A stretch of DNA of 64,000 nucleotides from Clostridia bacterium (GCA_017534305.1 JAFWCU010000035.1:79790-143789); one strand, 5' to 3'. Counted from the stretch's first letter, positions 45,138-55,069 are shown. Translations and numbers: made by a program. The notes: generated from the sequence alone by a model not told the origin.

Positions 45138-46187
45138 ATGAAAGAAGCAAAAAAATATTTAAAGAATATGATACTTTTTGTTGTTCTTATAGCAGTTACA
45201 TTTTATATTGTACTTAAAAACCAAAATATTGAAGATATAAAAAACGCACTATTAAGTGTAGATATAAAATACCTACTTGTAGGAGTTGCAGCAATGTTTG
45301 TATACTTTGGCTGCGAAGCATTTAATTTAAAAAGAACATTAGGAGTGCTTGGAGAAAAGTCTAGCTTTATACATTGTTTTAGATATGTGTTGATTGGATT
45401 TTTCTTTAGTGCCATTACACCTGCAGCAAGCGGTGGTCAACCAATGCAAATATACTTCATGCATAAAGATAAGCTTAGTGGAGCAAAGTCAACTTTATCA
45501 CTATTAATACTACTTTGTAGTTATCACATAGTAACAATAACATTTGCTATCATTAGTTTCTGCTTTAATGTTGCAACGCTTACAGTACCAATGAGAATAA
45601 TGTTTGTATTTGGAATAATATGTAGTTGTACATTGTTCTCGCTATATTTAATTGGAATATTCTCTAAAAAGACATCAAGAGCATTAATTGGATTTGGTGT
45701 AAAAGTATTAAAATTATTTAAAGTTAAAAACATAGATGAAAAAGAAAAGAAATTAGTAAATGGACTAGATAAATATCACGGAGGAGCAGAATATATTAAA
45801 TCTAATCCTCGTATGATGATTAAAACAATACTTATCACTATGCTTCAAATGGCAGCATATTACAGTATTTCATACTGGGTATATCGTTCATTTGGATTAA
45901 GTCAAAATTCATTACTAAGTATATTAACAATTCAATCTATACTATACATATCTGTATGTGTATTACCACTACCTGGATCTGTAGGTGTTAGTGAAGGAGT
46001 ATTCCTAGGGCTATATGCTAAAATATATAGTGAAGGATTAGTTGGTACTGCAATGATGTTACATAGAGGAATTAGTTTCTATCTATTTGTAATTATATGT
46101 TCAATAGCTGTAATGTATAGCACAATGAAGCACAAGAAAGAAATAGAACAAGAAATGGTAGACGAGAAAGTTATAATAGAAAAATAA
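45138..46187 (+). CDS. Flippase-like / lysyl-phosphatidylglycerol-synthase TM-region family membrane protein (UPF0104)
   Basis: 8-TM protein with FFFSAITPAASGGQPMQIYFM, the block I associate with LPG_synthase_TM. Confidence 0.65.
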   Translation: MKEAKKYLKNMILFVVLIAVTFYIVLKNQNIEDIKNALLSVDIKYLLVGVAAMFVYFGCEAFNLKRTLGVLGEKSSFIHCFRYVLIGFFFSAITPAASGGQPMQIYFMHKDKLSGAKSTLSLLILLCSYHIVTITFAIISFCFNVATLTVPMRIMFVFGIICSCTLFSLYLIGIFSKKTSRALIGFGVKVLKLFKVKNIDEKEKKLVNGLDKYHGGAEYIKSNPRMMIKTILITMLQMAAYYSISYWVYRSFGLSQNSLLSILTIQSILYISVCVLPLPGSVGVSEGVFLGLYAKIYSEGLVGTAMMLHRGISFYLFVIICSIAVMYSTMKHKKEIEQEMVDEKVIIEK

Positions 46188-46397
46188 TATAAACAGGGGT
46201 TATTTAAAGCATAATCCCTGTTATTTTGGATTTTTGTTCATGAAACGTATAATTTGGTACTTGTTTGATTTCTGACCATTAAACCAACGATTTAAGCAAA
46301 CAGCAAATTGAAATTTACATAAAAATATGGTATAATATACAGTATAATATAAATTTTTAATTATAGTAGGATTACTACTATAGAAAAGGAGATAATT

Positions 46398-46790
46398 ATG
46401 AATAGTGTAAAAGAAAAATCAAAAATAGCAGCTAATTGGTGGAGACAAAAAATAGATTCAGTAGATGATTCTAATTTTGACAATGGCGAGAAAAGTATGG
46501 CAATAGCTATGATGATGGGAATGAGAAAGAATATGGAAGAACTAGATACAGAAGTTTTAGATAGATTTGAAAAATTGCTTGAAAAAGCAATATACAAAGA
46601 ACTAAAACATAATGGTTATCTAGATACCATAGTATCTTGCGATTATCACCCTGAGGGAGTATTAAAAGATATTTCTAGAGAATTAGGAATCAGAGAAATT
46701 TACTTTCCAATTAAAACTGTTATGTGGATTTCACCACAAGGAGTTAAAGTTCGTGCAGGATATTCTGCTGAAGTAGTAACTCTTTGCTAA
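46398..46790 (+). CDS. Hypothetical protein (130 aa)
   Basis: RBS AAGGAG. Preceded by TTGAAA-17-TGgTATAAT (about 46308-46338). No domain recognised. Confidence 0.5.
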   Translation: MNSVKEKSKIAANWWRQKIDSVDDSNFDNGEKSMAIAMMMGMRKNMEELDTEVLDRFEKLLEKAIYKELKHNGYLDTIVSCDYHPEGVLKDISRELGIREIYFPIKTVMWISPQGVKVRAGYSAEVVTLC

Positions 46791-46927
46791 ATAAAAGTAG
46801 CACCTTAATTGGTGCTATTTTTTTTATTCATTTAATATTATCTTCACATTTATTAACATATATGTTAGAATACTAATGTATTAAATATTTTTACATCCTA
46901 ATAATAATTTTAAAGGAGGTAATTGCT

Positions 46928-47318
46928 ATGGTATATGTATTGTTAATACTAGGATTTATACGAGGAAGATTAGCAAAAAGAATTGAGCTTGCAGATAGTG
47001 GCAAGAAGGTAGAAGTGATGCCTTATGTAAGAAATACATATGATTTTTTAGATTTTGTATACATCATGCGGAGTAATTGCTGCAATAGTTATTATCTCTT
47101 GGGGAGTATATAACTATGACTCTACAGAGCCAGTATACTTTCTAAACAAAGCTCAAATACTACAAGAAGAATTAGATAGTGGTAAACTTTCAAGATACGA
47201 AATAAGTAGTGCTCAAATGAATATTAGAGCATACAAAGATATTTATGAAAAAGACGTAAAGAGAAAAGAAAACTTTAAAAAAGCTCAAAAAATACTATTT
47301 TTCATAGAGTTTTTATAA
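46928..47318 (+). pseudogene. Possible frameshifted small two-TM membrane protein (two overlapping ORFs)
   Basis: ORF 46928..47113 has a strong AGGAGG RBS. ORF 47055..47318 starts with TTG and has no RBS. Its frame opens at 47052, right at a T-run, and continues with a TM segment (CGVIAAIVIISWGV). Confidence 0.35.
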
Positions 47319-47351
47319 CAAAAAAGAATGCAAATTAATGCATTCTTTTTT

Positions 47352-48218
47352 TTAAACATTTTCTTGAAAATTCATTTCAATTTCTTTAACTCTGTCTTGG
47401 AAAACAAGCCAGTCTTCATGTTCTTTTTCTTTATTTTCTTCAATAAATTCTTGAATCTTTTTTGTGCCATCTGGGCTTTCTCCAAATTCACGTCTTTTCA
47501 TTCTAACCAAATGATAAAAATTCATATTTTCATACTCAGTATTTGAAAGAATAATGTTTAAATTGCTTTCTATTGATTCTAACAATTCTTTAAGCCTAAA
47601 TGAAAAAATAGAAAAAGTAGAACTTGACATGCAATAAACATCTGTAAAGTCTGTGCTTATTTTCTCATTTAGACTAAGACTACCTGCTTTTAGTACTGAA
47701 ACAAGATGCTCATAATTTGGTTCGTTTTTTTCAATCTCTGCATAGAAAGTAAACTTTTCATTATTTCTTTGCATCCTAAATATGATTCCTGTCTCTTTCT
47801 CTTTAAAAGCATCGCATATTTTTAAAAAAGTTGTTGCAACATCATCAAGTTTAGTTGTATCACTACTACACAAACTATCAAACATAGCATCAAAAAAAGG
47901 AATTATGTCTTTGTCATTAGGAGTGGTCAGATGAAAACTTAAAAGTGGAGTATACCATTCGAAGTTTTTGTAGATAAATCCTCCATCTGGTATTGCTACT
48001 ATTTTAAAGTTTTTCATAAGTCTAATTGCTTGTATAATGTAAGCAAGTTTTGTATATTCAGTGTCTTGGTCAATAAAGAATTCAACATATGGTGGCATAA
48101 GCTCGTTTGCTGTGTTAATTCTTAAGTCTTCGCTAAAACACTTTAAGCTAAATTTTTTTAAATGTTTGCTCTCTTCTGTAAGGGAAACCTCTTTTCCTAA
48201 ACATTTCTTTTCGTTCAT
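47352..48218 (-). CDS. Hypothetical protein (288 aa)
   Basis: Long ORF with RBS AGGAGG upstream of the ATG at 48216-48218. No domain recognised. Confidence 0.55.
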   Translation of the reverse strand: MNEKKCLGKEVSLTEESKHLKKFSLKCFSEDLRINTANELMPPYVEFFIDQDTEYTKLAYIIQAIRLMKNFKIVAIPDGGFIYKNFEWYTPLLSFHLTTPNDKDIIPFFDAMFDSLCSSDTTKLDDVATTFLKICDAFKEKETGIIFRMQRNNEKFTFYAEIEKNEPNYEHLVSVLKAGSLSLNEKISTDFTDVYCMSSSTFSIFSFRLKELLESIESNLNIILSNTEYENMNFYHLVRMKRREFGESPDGTKKIQEFIEENKEKEHEDWLVFQDRVKEIEMNFQENV

Positions 48219-48377
48219 ATTAAATGACCTCCTTATTTGAAATTTTATTTAAAATTATCATAGAAGTATACATAATTTGACTTGAAAATTATAACATGGT
48301 ATTAACAAAAAGGCAAGAGCTTAATATAAAAAGGTATAAAAAAACAGTACTAAAACTAGTACTGTATCTGTATATTT

Positions 48378-48854
48378 CTAATATATTATTTTATCTTCTT
48401 TTAAATTAAACTTTTCAAAAGCTTCAATTGTTGTTTCTCTATCTATATTTTCAAGTTTTAATGTTTCATTTCCTTGAGGGTTATTTTCTAGTGAAGCTAT
48501 ATAATCATAAATAAAATCATCTCTAAAACCAATGTTATCTGCATCTTCTTTGGTGTTTCCATAGTGTACCACTTTTATATTTGCCCAAATTATTGCACTA
48601 AGACACATTGGACATGGGTAACAAGAAGTATAAAGTTCACAACCTGTTAAATCATGCGAATTTATATATTTTGAAGCTTCTCTAATTGCAAGAATTTCAG
48701 CATGAGCTGTAGGATCGTTATAATCTAAAACATGATTAGACGCTTTTCCAATCACCCTACCATTTTTTACTACACATGCTCCAAAAGGACCACCAGCATT
48801 AGTAACTAAATTATCTTCAGCCAAATTGTTAACTAGTTTCATATATTTATTCAT
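48378..48854 (-). CDS. guaD: Guanine deaminase-type CDA-fold nucleoside/nucleotide deaminase
   Basis: GGPFGACVVKNGRVIG...DPTAHAEILAIREA...YTSCYPCPMCLSAIIWA...GFRDDFIY is collinear with B. subtilis GuaD as I recall it. The start is moved to the Met at 48852-48854. Confidence 0.65.
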   Translation of the reverse strand: MNKYMKLVNNLAEDNLVTNAGGPFGACVVKNGRVIGKASNHVLDYNDPTAHAEILAIREASKYINSHDLTGCELYTSCYPCPMCLSAIIWANIKVVHYGNTKEDADNIGFRDDFIYDYIASLENNPQGNETLKLENIDRETTIEAFEKFNLKEDKIIY

Positions 48855-48961
48855 AAAAAAATAAACCTCCAAAATGATTACACAAAAATTCTATCATATA
48901 AAAAATAATAATTCAATAAAAAGAAGAAGAGAGGACAACGTGCGTCCTCTCAAAATATAAA

Positions 48962-49306
48962 TTACAATAAGTGGTAATCTTCATGGTTAGGTTGTCTAAA
49001 ATTCTTTCTTTTGGCAAGTACCTTGATTGTCGCGTCTTTCCCGTCAGAGAACTTTCTTAGACCAAGCTCAGTCGATTCCTTTTCACCCGAAGACAACGCC
49101 ATGTATGATAGAAGATAAAAAATGTGCAAGCCTTTTTCATCTCGCGTTTGCTCAGCTAGAGCAAGCCATTCTTTGTCTCCTTCAACTAATGCGTTAAAGA
49201 CTTCTTGGTAATTTGGAACTTTTTGAAGCTCTTCCATGAAACGTTCTTTGTCGTATGTACTGTCATACGACTGGATGTTGCTGAGAAAATCTTCTATTGC
49301 ATACAT
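48962..49306 (-). CDS. Hypothetical protein (114 aa)
   Basis: ORF track 48962..49408. I prefer the ATG at 49304-49306 (GGAGG 8 nt upstream). Lies downstream of, and co-oriented with, the GH13 gene. Confidence 0.5.
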   Translation of the reverse strand: MYAIEDFLSNIQSYDSTYDKERFMEELQKVPNYQEVFNALVEGDKEWLALAEQTRDEKGLHIFYLLSYMALSSGEKESTELGLRKFSDGKDATIKVLAKRKNFRQPNHEDYHLL

Positions 49307-49404
49307 ATAATCTACCTCCTTATCTTGTGGTATTATAACATTTTTTATGTAACATGTCAAATAAAAAAAGAGTGCCCTAACTATAGGGCACCCTAAAAAG
49401 ACAA

Positions 49405-51261
49405 TCACTCCATAATGATTGAACCTTTTGGAACAAGCTTTTTAACCTTTTGAGGTTCGCTTGTATAAAGTACATTGTCACCATCGACAAATTCCATGTC
49501 AAAAGTGCTATCAGATAAGTTTACACCAACGTAGAGCTTTTGATGAGTTGTCTCGTCCTCACGAAGAAAAACACAGATTCCACCATGAAACATTACCGGA
49601 ACAAACCTTGCGTCTTTAAGGAAAGGATGATCCTTACGAATCTGTCCAAGCTTCATATAAAACTCAATAAGGTCGGTGTCCTCATGTCCCCAAGGATATG
49701 TCTTTCTGTTGTGTGGGTCTTTAAAGCCATATACTCCAGCTTCATCTCCGTAATACAAACATGGATTACCTGGAAGGAAGTATTGCAAAACAGACATCTG
49801 CTTAAGAAGATGAACTCCTCTAGCATATTCTTCCTCACTTAAGTGATCGTTTGCTGCCTGCCAGTATCTGTCATGTCCGTTAGCTCCACCTTTTGCTAAA
49901 CGAGTAAGTGCACGTTCAATATCATGTCCTGAAATCATATTCATCATTGCATCAAGATTATCTTTTGGATAGTTCTCAATGGTTCTAAAGATAGTTTCAA
50001 GCAGATCTTCTGCGTGCTTGTTTTCAAAGAAAGCAAAAAGTGCATCTTTATACACATAGTTCATTGCACTATCTAGAGTGTTATGTGTAAAGTAGTGCTT
50101 ACGTTCTCCATATGCCTCCTTTGTAGAAACGTCTTCCCAAACTTCACCTATGACAGATGCTTGCTCTCCATATGCTGTCTCTTTCTTAATAGATTGAGAG
50201 ATACGGTAAAGCATGTAGTTGGTAATCTCGTCAACAACGTCAAGTCTAAAGCCGGATGCTCCAAGTCTTATCCACTTCTTAACGACTTGGCAGATATAGT
50301 CTATCATTTCTTCAGACTGTTTATCTAGTTTAGGAAGAGTATCAAAACCCCACCATGAGTCGTAAGCATTAGGATAGTTAAAGAAACAGTACCACTTATA
50401 GTATGGACTATCTGGACTGTTATACGCACCAACTGTTGCGTAACGTCTTTCTTTGTTAAAGTAAAGACTGTCAGATCCTGTATGGTTAAATACACCATCA
50501 AGAATAATCCTTATACCACGTTTTTTAGCTTCAGCACAAAGAGTTGCAAAATCTTCTTCCTTACCAAGTAATGGATCAATCTTCATGTAGTCTGCTGTGT
50601 TGTAACGATGGTTTGAATGAGCTTCAAAGATGGGATTAAGATAGATAATAGTTACCCCTAAAGAGGCAATGTAGTCTAACTTATCCGTTATACCTTGAAG
50701 GTCACCACCAAAGTAGTCATTATTAAGAATTAATCCATGTTCGTTTGGAAGATAGTCTGGATTGTCATTCCAGTTTGCATGCATCTTACGATCACCAGGA
50801 ACATTTTCTTTAGGTTTTCCAGAATTGTAAAATCTATCTGGGAAAATCTGGTAGAAAGTTGCTCCTTTCATAAAATCTGGAACACTTAACTCTTTGCAAA
50901 ATGTAGTAAGCTGAAAGCACTCGTTCTCACTTCCTCCAAACATACCTTTGCATAGCTTGTCTCGTCTTACCTCAACGTATTTACCATTAATATTCATGGT
51001 GAAGTAATAATAGTATACGTCAGGAGTATCTGGTGTGTAAGAGCAAGAGTAGTAGTTGCTATTAAACGTAGTTTTAGCAAGACTTAAATCTACTTCTTGT
51101 CTTTCATCCCACTTGTCTATTCTGAAAATTACAAGTTTAGGATTGTCAATGACGCTTGTCTTATCTAGCCTAAGGCTAAACTTTACAGATGTACCCTCCA
51201 TTACAGGTCCGACTGGATCCTTGCATTTAGGATCTAAACTGCAGTAAATTTCACTAATCAT
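49405..51261 (-). CDS. GH13 alpha-glycosidase (neopullulanase/cyclomaltodextrinase-like)
   Basis: GH13 conserved regions DGVFNHTG, GFRLDVVDE, GEVWED and SGHDIERA, plus an N-terminal Ig-like domain. Confidence 0.85.
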   Translation of the reverse strand: MISEIYCSLDPKCKDPVGPVMEGTSVKFSLRLDKTSVIDNPKLVIFRIDKWDERQEVDLSLAKTTFNSNYYSCSYTPDTPDVYYYYFTMNINGKYVEVRRDKLCKGMFGGSENECFQLTTFCKELSVPDFMKGATFYQIFPDRFYNSGKPKENVPGDRKMHANWNDNPDYLPNEHGLILNNDYFGGDLQGITDKLDYIASLGVTIIYLNPIFEAHSNHRYNTADYMKIDPLLGKEEDFATLCAEAKKRGIRIILDGVFNHTGSDSLYFNKERRYATVGAYNSPDSPYYKWYCFFNYPNAYDSWWGFDTLPKLDKQSEEMIDYICQVVKKWIRLGASGFRLDVVDEITNYMLYRISQSIKKETAYGEQASVIGEVWEDVSTKEAYGERKHYFTHNTLDSAMNYVYKDALFAFFENKHAEDLLETIFRTIENYPKDNLDAMMNMISGHDIERALTRLAKGGANGHDRYWQAANDHLSEEEYARGVHLLKQMSVLQYFLPGNPCLYYGDEAGVYGFKDPHNRKTYPWGHEDTDLIEFYMKLGQIRKDHPFLKDARFVPVMFHGGICVFLREDETTHQKLYVGVNLSDSTFDMEFVDGDNVLYTSEPQKVKKLVPKGSIIME

Positions 51262-51433
51262 CTTTCGTTCCTCCTAACCAAAAAATTATTTTTGTGTTTT
51301 AACTACTTGCATTGACATCATATATATACCATCCAAACAGAGAAAAGTCAAACAAAAGATTGAAAGAAGTACAATTTAATGATATAAATTATAATATAGA
51401 AAATAAAAGAATATCATAAAAGAGGTGATAATT

Positions 51434-51733
51434 ATGAATCCATTTTCAATATTAATGTTTATTTTTGGTGCAGGTATAATACTTGCAGGACTTATTACTT
51501 ATAGAGGAAGTACATTTTTTGTTTGGAGAACATATCACAAAAATCCACCAGTAAAAAAAGACTTAAGATACATAGGTAGAGTTACTATGTTTACAAGTCT
51601 TTGTCCATTTATTACTGGACTTACTGCACTAATAGTAGATATGGATAAGCATCCAATTATTATTGGACTAACTTTTGTAGTAACACTTATTGCATGTTTA
51701 GTAATTGGTATTAAAGTATTAAAAGGTGAGTAA
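51434..51733 (+). CDS. Small membrane protein (3 TM)
   Basis: ORF track 51425. I prefer the ATG at 51434 after AAGAGGTGA. Confidence 0.5.
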   Translation: MNPFSILMFIFGAGIILAGLITYRGSTFFVWRTYHKNPPVKKDLRYIGRVTMFTSLCPFITGLTALIVDMDKHPIIIGLTFVVTLIACLVIGIKVLKGE

Positions 51734-51868
51734 GAACTTAAGACTATAGTAAATAACTATAGTCTTTTTGTATTTTAAGCATAAATTATTAACAAAACAT
51801 ATTGTATTTTTATCTGTTTTCAACTATAATTTTCTTGAAATCAAGTAAGTATTATTGAGGGATTAAAT

Positions 51869-52468
51869 ATGTATAGAAAAATTGTAAAGCCTACATTAGA
51901 TTTTCTGTTTGCTTTACTTCTAATATTACTACTATGGCCACTTATGGGTATAGTAGCTCTTATCACATGGATAGACTTAGGATTACCTTTGCGCAATTTG
52001 TTAAGAGAAAGAGAAGGGAAGAATAAGAAAACATATATAATGTATAAGTTTAGAACAAAAGCATTAGATTCAGATGGTCATACTTTTTCTAACACTTATA
52101 CAAAAGTTAGCAGATTTATAGATAAAACAAGATTAAATGAATTGCCACAGTTATTTAATATATTATTTGGACAAATGAGCTTTGTTGGACCTCGTCCTTT
52201 TATTCCAGGTGAATCGGACAAATTCAAAGATATAATAGACCCAAAAAGATATATGATGAGACCTGGAGTAACTGGTCTTGCACAAATAAATGGTGGACGT
52301 TCTATTTCTACAAAAACAAAGCTAAAATATGATGTTGAGTATTATGATAACATGAGTTTTTGGCTAGATTTGAAAATAGTATTTATAACAATAGGAGAAC
52401 TATTAACTTTTGATGTAGACAAAGCAAATAAGAAAAGAGCAGAAGAAATAAATGCTAGAAAAAAATAG
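51869..52468 (+). CDS. Undecaprenyl-phosphate sugar phosphotransferase (bacterial sugar transferase family)
   Basis: One N-terminal TM helix, then YKFRT...DELPQLFNILFGQMSFVGPRP...RPGVTGLAQING, the WbaP/EpsL-type signature. Confidence 0.8.
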   Translation: MYRKIVKPTLDFLFALLLILLLWPLMGIVALITWIDLGLPLRNLLREREGKNKKTYIMYKFRTKALDSDGHTFSNTYTKVSRFIDKTRLNELPQLFNILFGQMSFVGPRPFIPGESDKFKDIIDPKRYMMRPGVTGLAQINGGRSISTKTKLKYDVEYYDNMSFWLDLKIVFITIGELLTFDVDKANKKRAEEINARKK

Positions 52469-52799
52469 TGGACATATAGATAATATTGCAAAATAGTAAA
52501 AATAAAAGAGCTGTAAAAACTACAGCTCTCTTTTTTGTTTGATTATAAAAGACGCAAAATAAAAAACAAGCGGCAACATATAACAAAAAAGTAACAAAAA
52601 AGTAAGAATAATTTAATAATAATTAATTATATTAATAATATTAATCTACACAATAAACTATTATCATAACACTATCTTGAATAATATTACTATTTATATT
52701 ATATTAATGGTGTAAAAGCTAAGTGCCTAACGCTTAAAGGGAGGTGATAGTATCAAAATTCCAAGAGCAAAAAGAAATATTTTATGTTTCGTTTTTGCA

Positions 52800-53912
52800 A
52801 TGTGTATGATTATATCTGGTTCACTTGCTATAGCAGATACGATCAATACAATACAAACAACTTCCATAGCCACAACAGCAGTACATATTGAAATCGAGGA
52901 TTTTACACAAGATTATTCAATAGAGCAAAATGCACTACTGTTAATGCCAGGAGATAGCGTATCATTTGTACCAAAAGTAGTAAACTATGGCACACCATGC
53001 TACGTACGTGCAAAGATAGATGTCAAAATAGATGGCAAAAGTGAAGATGTAGAAACATTTATTGGTGGAATATCTTCTTCTTTAGAAAAGAGAGGAGACT
53101 ATTACTACTACAACAATATAGTAGGAGAAAATGAAACAATAGACATTTTTGAATCAGTAAAACTTCCATCAAATATAGAAAACACATATCAAGGTAAAGA
53201 GCTACTTGTAGAAGTTCATGCTGAAGCAGTACAAGCTAGAAACTTTGATCCAAGTGGCCAGTGGAATATTGAAATAGAAGAAACTCTAGACAGACATTAC
53301 TCTATTTCAGATGATACTGAACCTGTTGAATCAAAAGTTATTTACCAGAACGAGACAGAAAAATATATTAAAAATTCTAATCCGTTCTTTTCAGAATTAG
53401 TAAATCTTGTACCTGGTGATGAAATTCAAGAAGAGATATTAATAGAAGATATTCAATATCCTTCAAAATTCACACTAGATATTCAATCAAAAAATAAAGA
53501 TGGACAAGATATAGACCTTTTAGAAAAAGCAATGCTAAAAATCACAGCAAGTGATGGTACAGAAATATATAATGGTAGCATTAAAGATTACACTTTAAGG
53601 GAAATCGCAAACTTAAATTCTGGAGAAACAAAAGAATTGATTGCAACAATTTCACTTCCTGCAGAGCTTGGAAATGAATATGCACTTAAAAAAGCAAGTA
53701 TCTTATGGATATACAATGGAGAATATGAAGGAAAAGAAAATCCGGACGTAATAATAGATCCAGATGAAAAAGATTCTCAAAATGGTAACAATACACCAAT
53801 AACAGGAGACATTAAACTGGATTTCTACTTAGTATTATTCATAATATCAACAATTGGATTGTTTAGCACAATAGCTATAAACAATAAAAAAGAAAATTTA
53901 GAAGAGAGGTAA
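52800..53912 (+). CDS. Secreted protein of the SipW locus with a C-terminal xPxTG-like sorting signal
   Basis: ORF track. The frame is open upstream to ~52743 and encodes a typical signal-peptide n-region (IKIPRAKRNILCFVFA-) after GGGAGGTG, so the real start is probably a non-ATG codon (ATC 52752 or ATT 52758). Confidence 0.6.
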   Translation: MCMIISGSLAIADTINTIQTTSIATTAVHIEIEDFTQDYSIEQNALLLMPGDSVSFVPKVVNYGTPCYVRAKIDVKIDGKSEDVETFIGGISSSLEKRGDYYYYNNIVGENETIDIFESVKLPSNIENTYQGKELLVEVHAEAVQARNFDPSGQWNIEIEETLDRHYSISDDTEPVESKVIYQNETEKYIKNSNPFFSELVNLVPGDEIQEEILIEDIQYPSKFTLDIQSKNKDGQDIDLLEKAMLKITASDGTEIYNGSIKDYTLREIANLNSGETKELIATISLPAELGNEYALKKASILWIYNGEYEGKENPDVIIDPDEKDSQNGNNTPITGDIKLDFYLVLFIISTIGLFSTIAINNKKENLEER

Positions 53913-53918
53913 GAGAAT

Positions 53919-54539
53919 ATGAAAACAAATTCAAAATCAAACAGAAAAAAACTAATTGCTGTAGCATTATTACTATGCTTAGTATTATTAATCGGAGGAA
54001 TATCTGCATACTTTACAGATAAAACTGAAACATTATCAAATACCTATACAATAGGTAATATCGAAATCGATTTAACAGAGCCAGGTTGGGTTGCAGCAAA
54101 TGCACAAGGTATTATGCCAGGAGACGTATTAGTAAAAGACCCAACAGTACAAAATACTGGTTCATCAGATGCTTACGTATTTGTAAAAGTATCAATACCT
54201 ACTGGAACAGTAGATGGAACAGCTAATACTGAATTATTTACACTAGTAAATTCAAATAATCAAGATGGAGTAAATGCAGGATGGGTTCAAGTAAGTAGAA
54301 CTCCAGAAACAGGAAAAGTTACATACGTATATGCTTATGCATCAGCTACTGAGTTAACTACAGTAGCACCAAATGGTACTGCAACACTATTTAACAAAGT
54401 AAGATTTGTAAATCCAACAGATGCTTCTACTACAACTTTAACAAATGGAAGTATTGATGTTACAGCATATGCAATTCAAACAAACAACATTCCAGCTACA
54501 ACAGCTCCAGCAACAGTATTTGCTAACTTTACTAATTAA
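53919..54539 (+). CDS. TasA/camelysin-like protein with a SipW-dependent-type signal peptide
   Basis: KKLIAVALLLCLVLLIGGISAYFTDKTETLSNTYTIGNIEIDL matches the A-x-F-(T/S)-D...N.F..G pattern of SipW substrates. Adjacent to sipW. Confidence 0.7.
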   Translation: MKTNSKSNRKKLIAVALLLCLVLLIGGISAYFTDKTETLSNTYTIGNIEIDLTEPGWVAANAQGIMPGDVLVKDPTVQNTGSSDAYVFVKVSIPTGTVDGTANTELFTLVNSNNQDGVNAGWVQVSRTPETGKVTYVYAYASATELTTVAPNGTATLFNKVRFVNPTDASTTTLTNGSIDVTAYAIQTNNIPATTAPATVFANFTN

Positions 54540-54555
54540 TTTTAAAGGATAATTT

Positions 54556-55032
54556 ATGAAGATATTTAAAACCATAATAAATATAATTTTGACATTATTT
54601 ATTATTGTTGGTATATCAGTGCTAATAGCATATATTATTGGAATAAAGCCATATGTTGTAATGTCTGGTTCAATGGAACCAAATATTAAAGTTGGAAGCA
54701 TATCTTTCGTTAACACAAGATATCCATATGAAAAGGTACAGGTAGGAGACATTATAGCTTTTAAAAGAGAAGCTATTTTTGCAACACATAGAGTAGTAGA
54801 AATTACAGAAGAAGGTTTTATGACAAAAGGCGATGCTAATAATGTGGCAGATGGTAAAATAGTGCCAGAAGAAGAATATGTTGGAAAGAACATATTATCG
54901 ATTCCAATAATTGGATATATTATCCAAGCAACACAAACAAAAGCAGGAAAAGTAATTTTAATTACTACAATAGTATTTATACTGGCTTGTGCATTCTTTG
55001 TAATTAAGCCAGAGGAAAAAATACAAAAATAA
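54556..55032 (+). CDS. sipW: Signal peptidase I, SipW (archaeal/ER) type
   Basis: SGSMEP (catalytic Ser), THRVVEI (His) and KGDANN, with N- and C-terminal TM helices. 158 aa. Confidence 0.8.
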   Translation: MKIFKTIINIILTLFIIVGISVLIAYIIGIKPYVVMSGSMEPNIKVGSISFVNTRYPYEKVQVGDIIAFKREAIFATHRVVEITEEGFMTKGDANNVADGKIVPEEEYVGKNILSIPIIGYIIQATQTKAGKVILITTIVFILACAFFVIKPEEKIQK

Positions 55033-55069
55033 AACAAAAATAATAGACAAAGAAAGGAGGTATTTTCAC

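Noticed and set aside
47328-47546. A 72-aa plus-strand ORF.
   Set aside because: It overlaps the 3' end of the 288-aa minus-strand gene, has a Phe-rich low-complexity product, and has no RBS.
54438-55037. A 199-aa minus-strand ORF, and the many other 60-130-aa antisense ORFs in the track (for example 800..1036, 1370..1669, 2892..3293, 4914..5303, 30353..30637, 43950..44273).
   Set aside because: They lie entirely antisense within well-supported genes, lack RBSs, and have the skewed Leu/Phe/Ile/Ser-rich composition expected from the reverse frames of AT-rich coding DNA.
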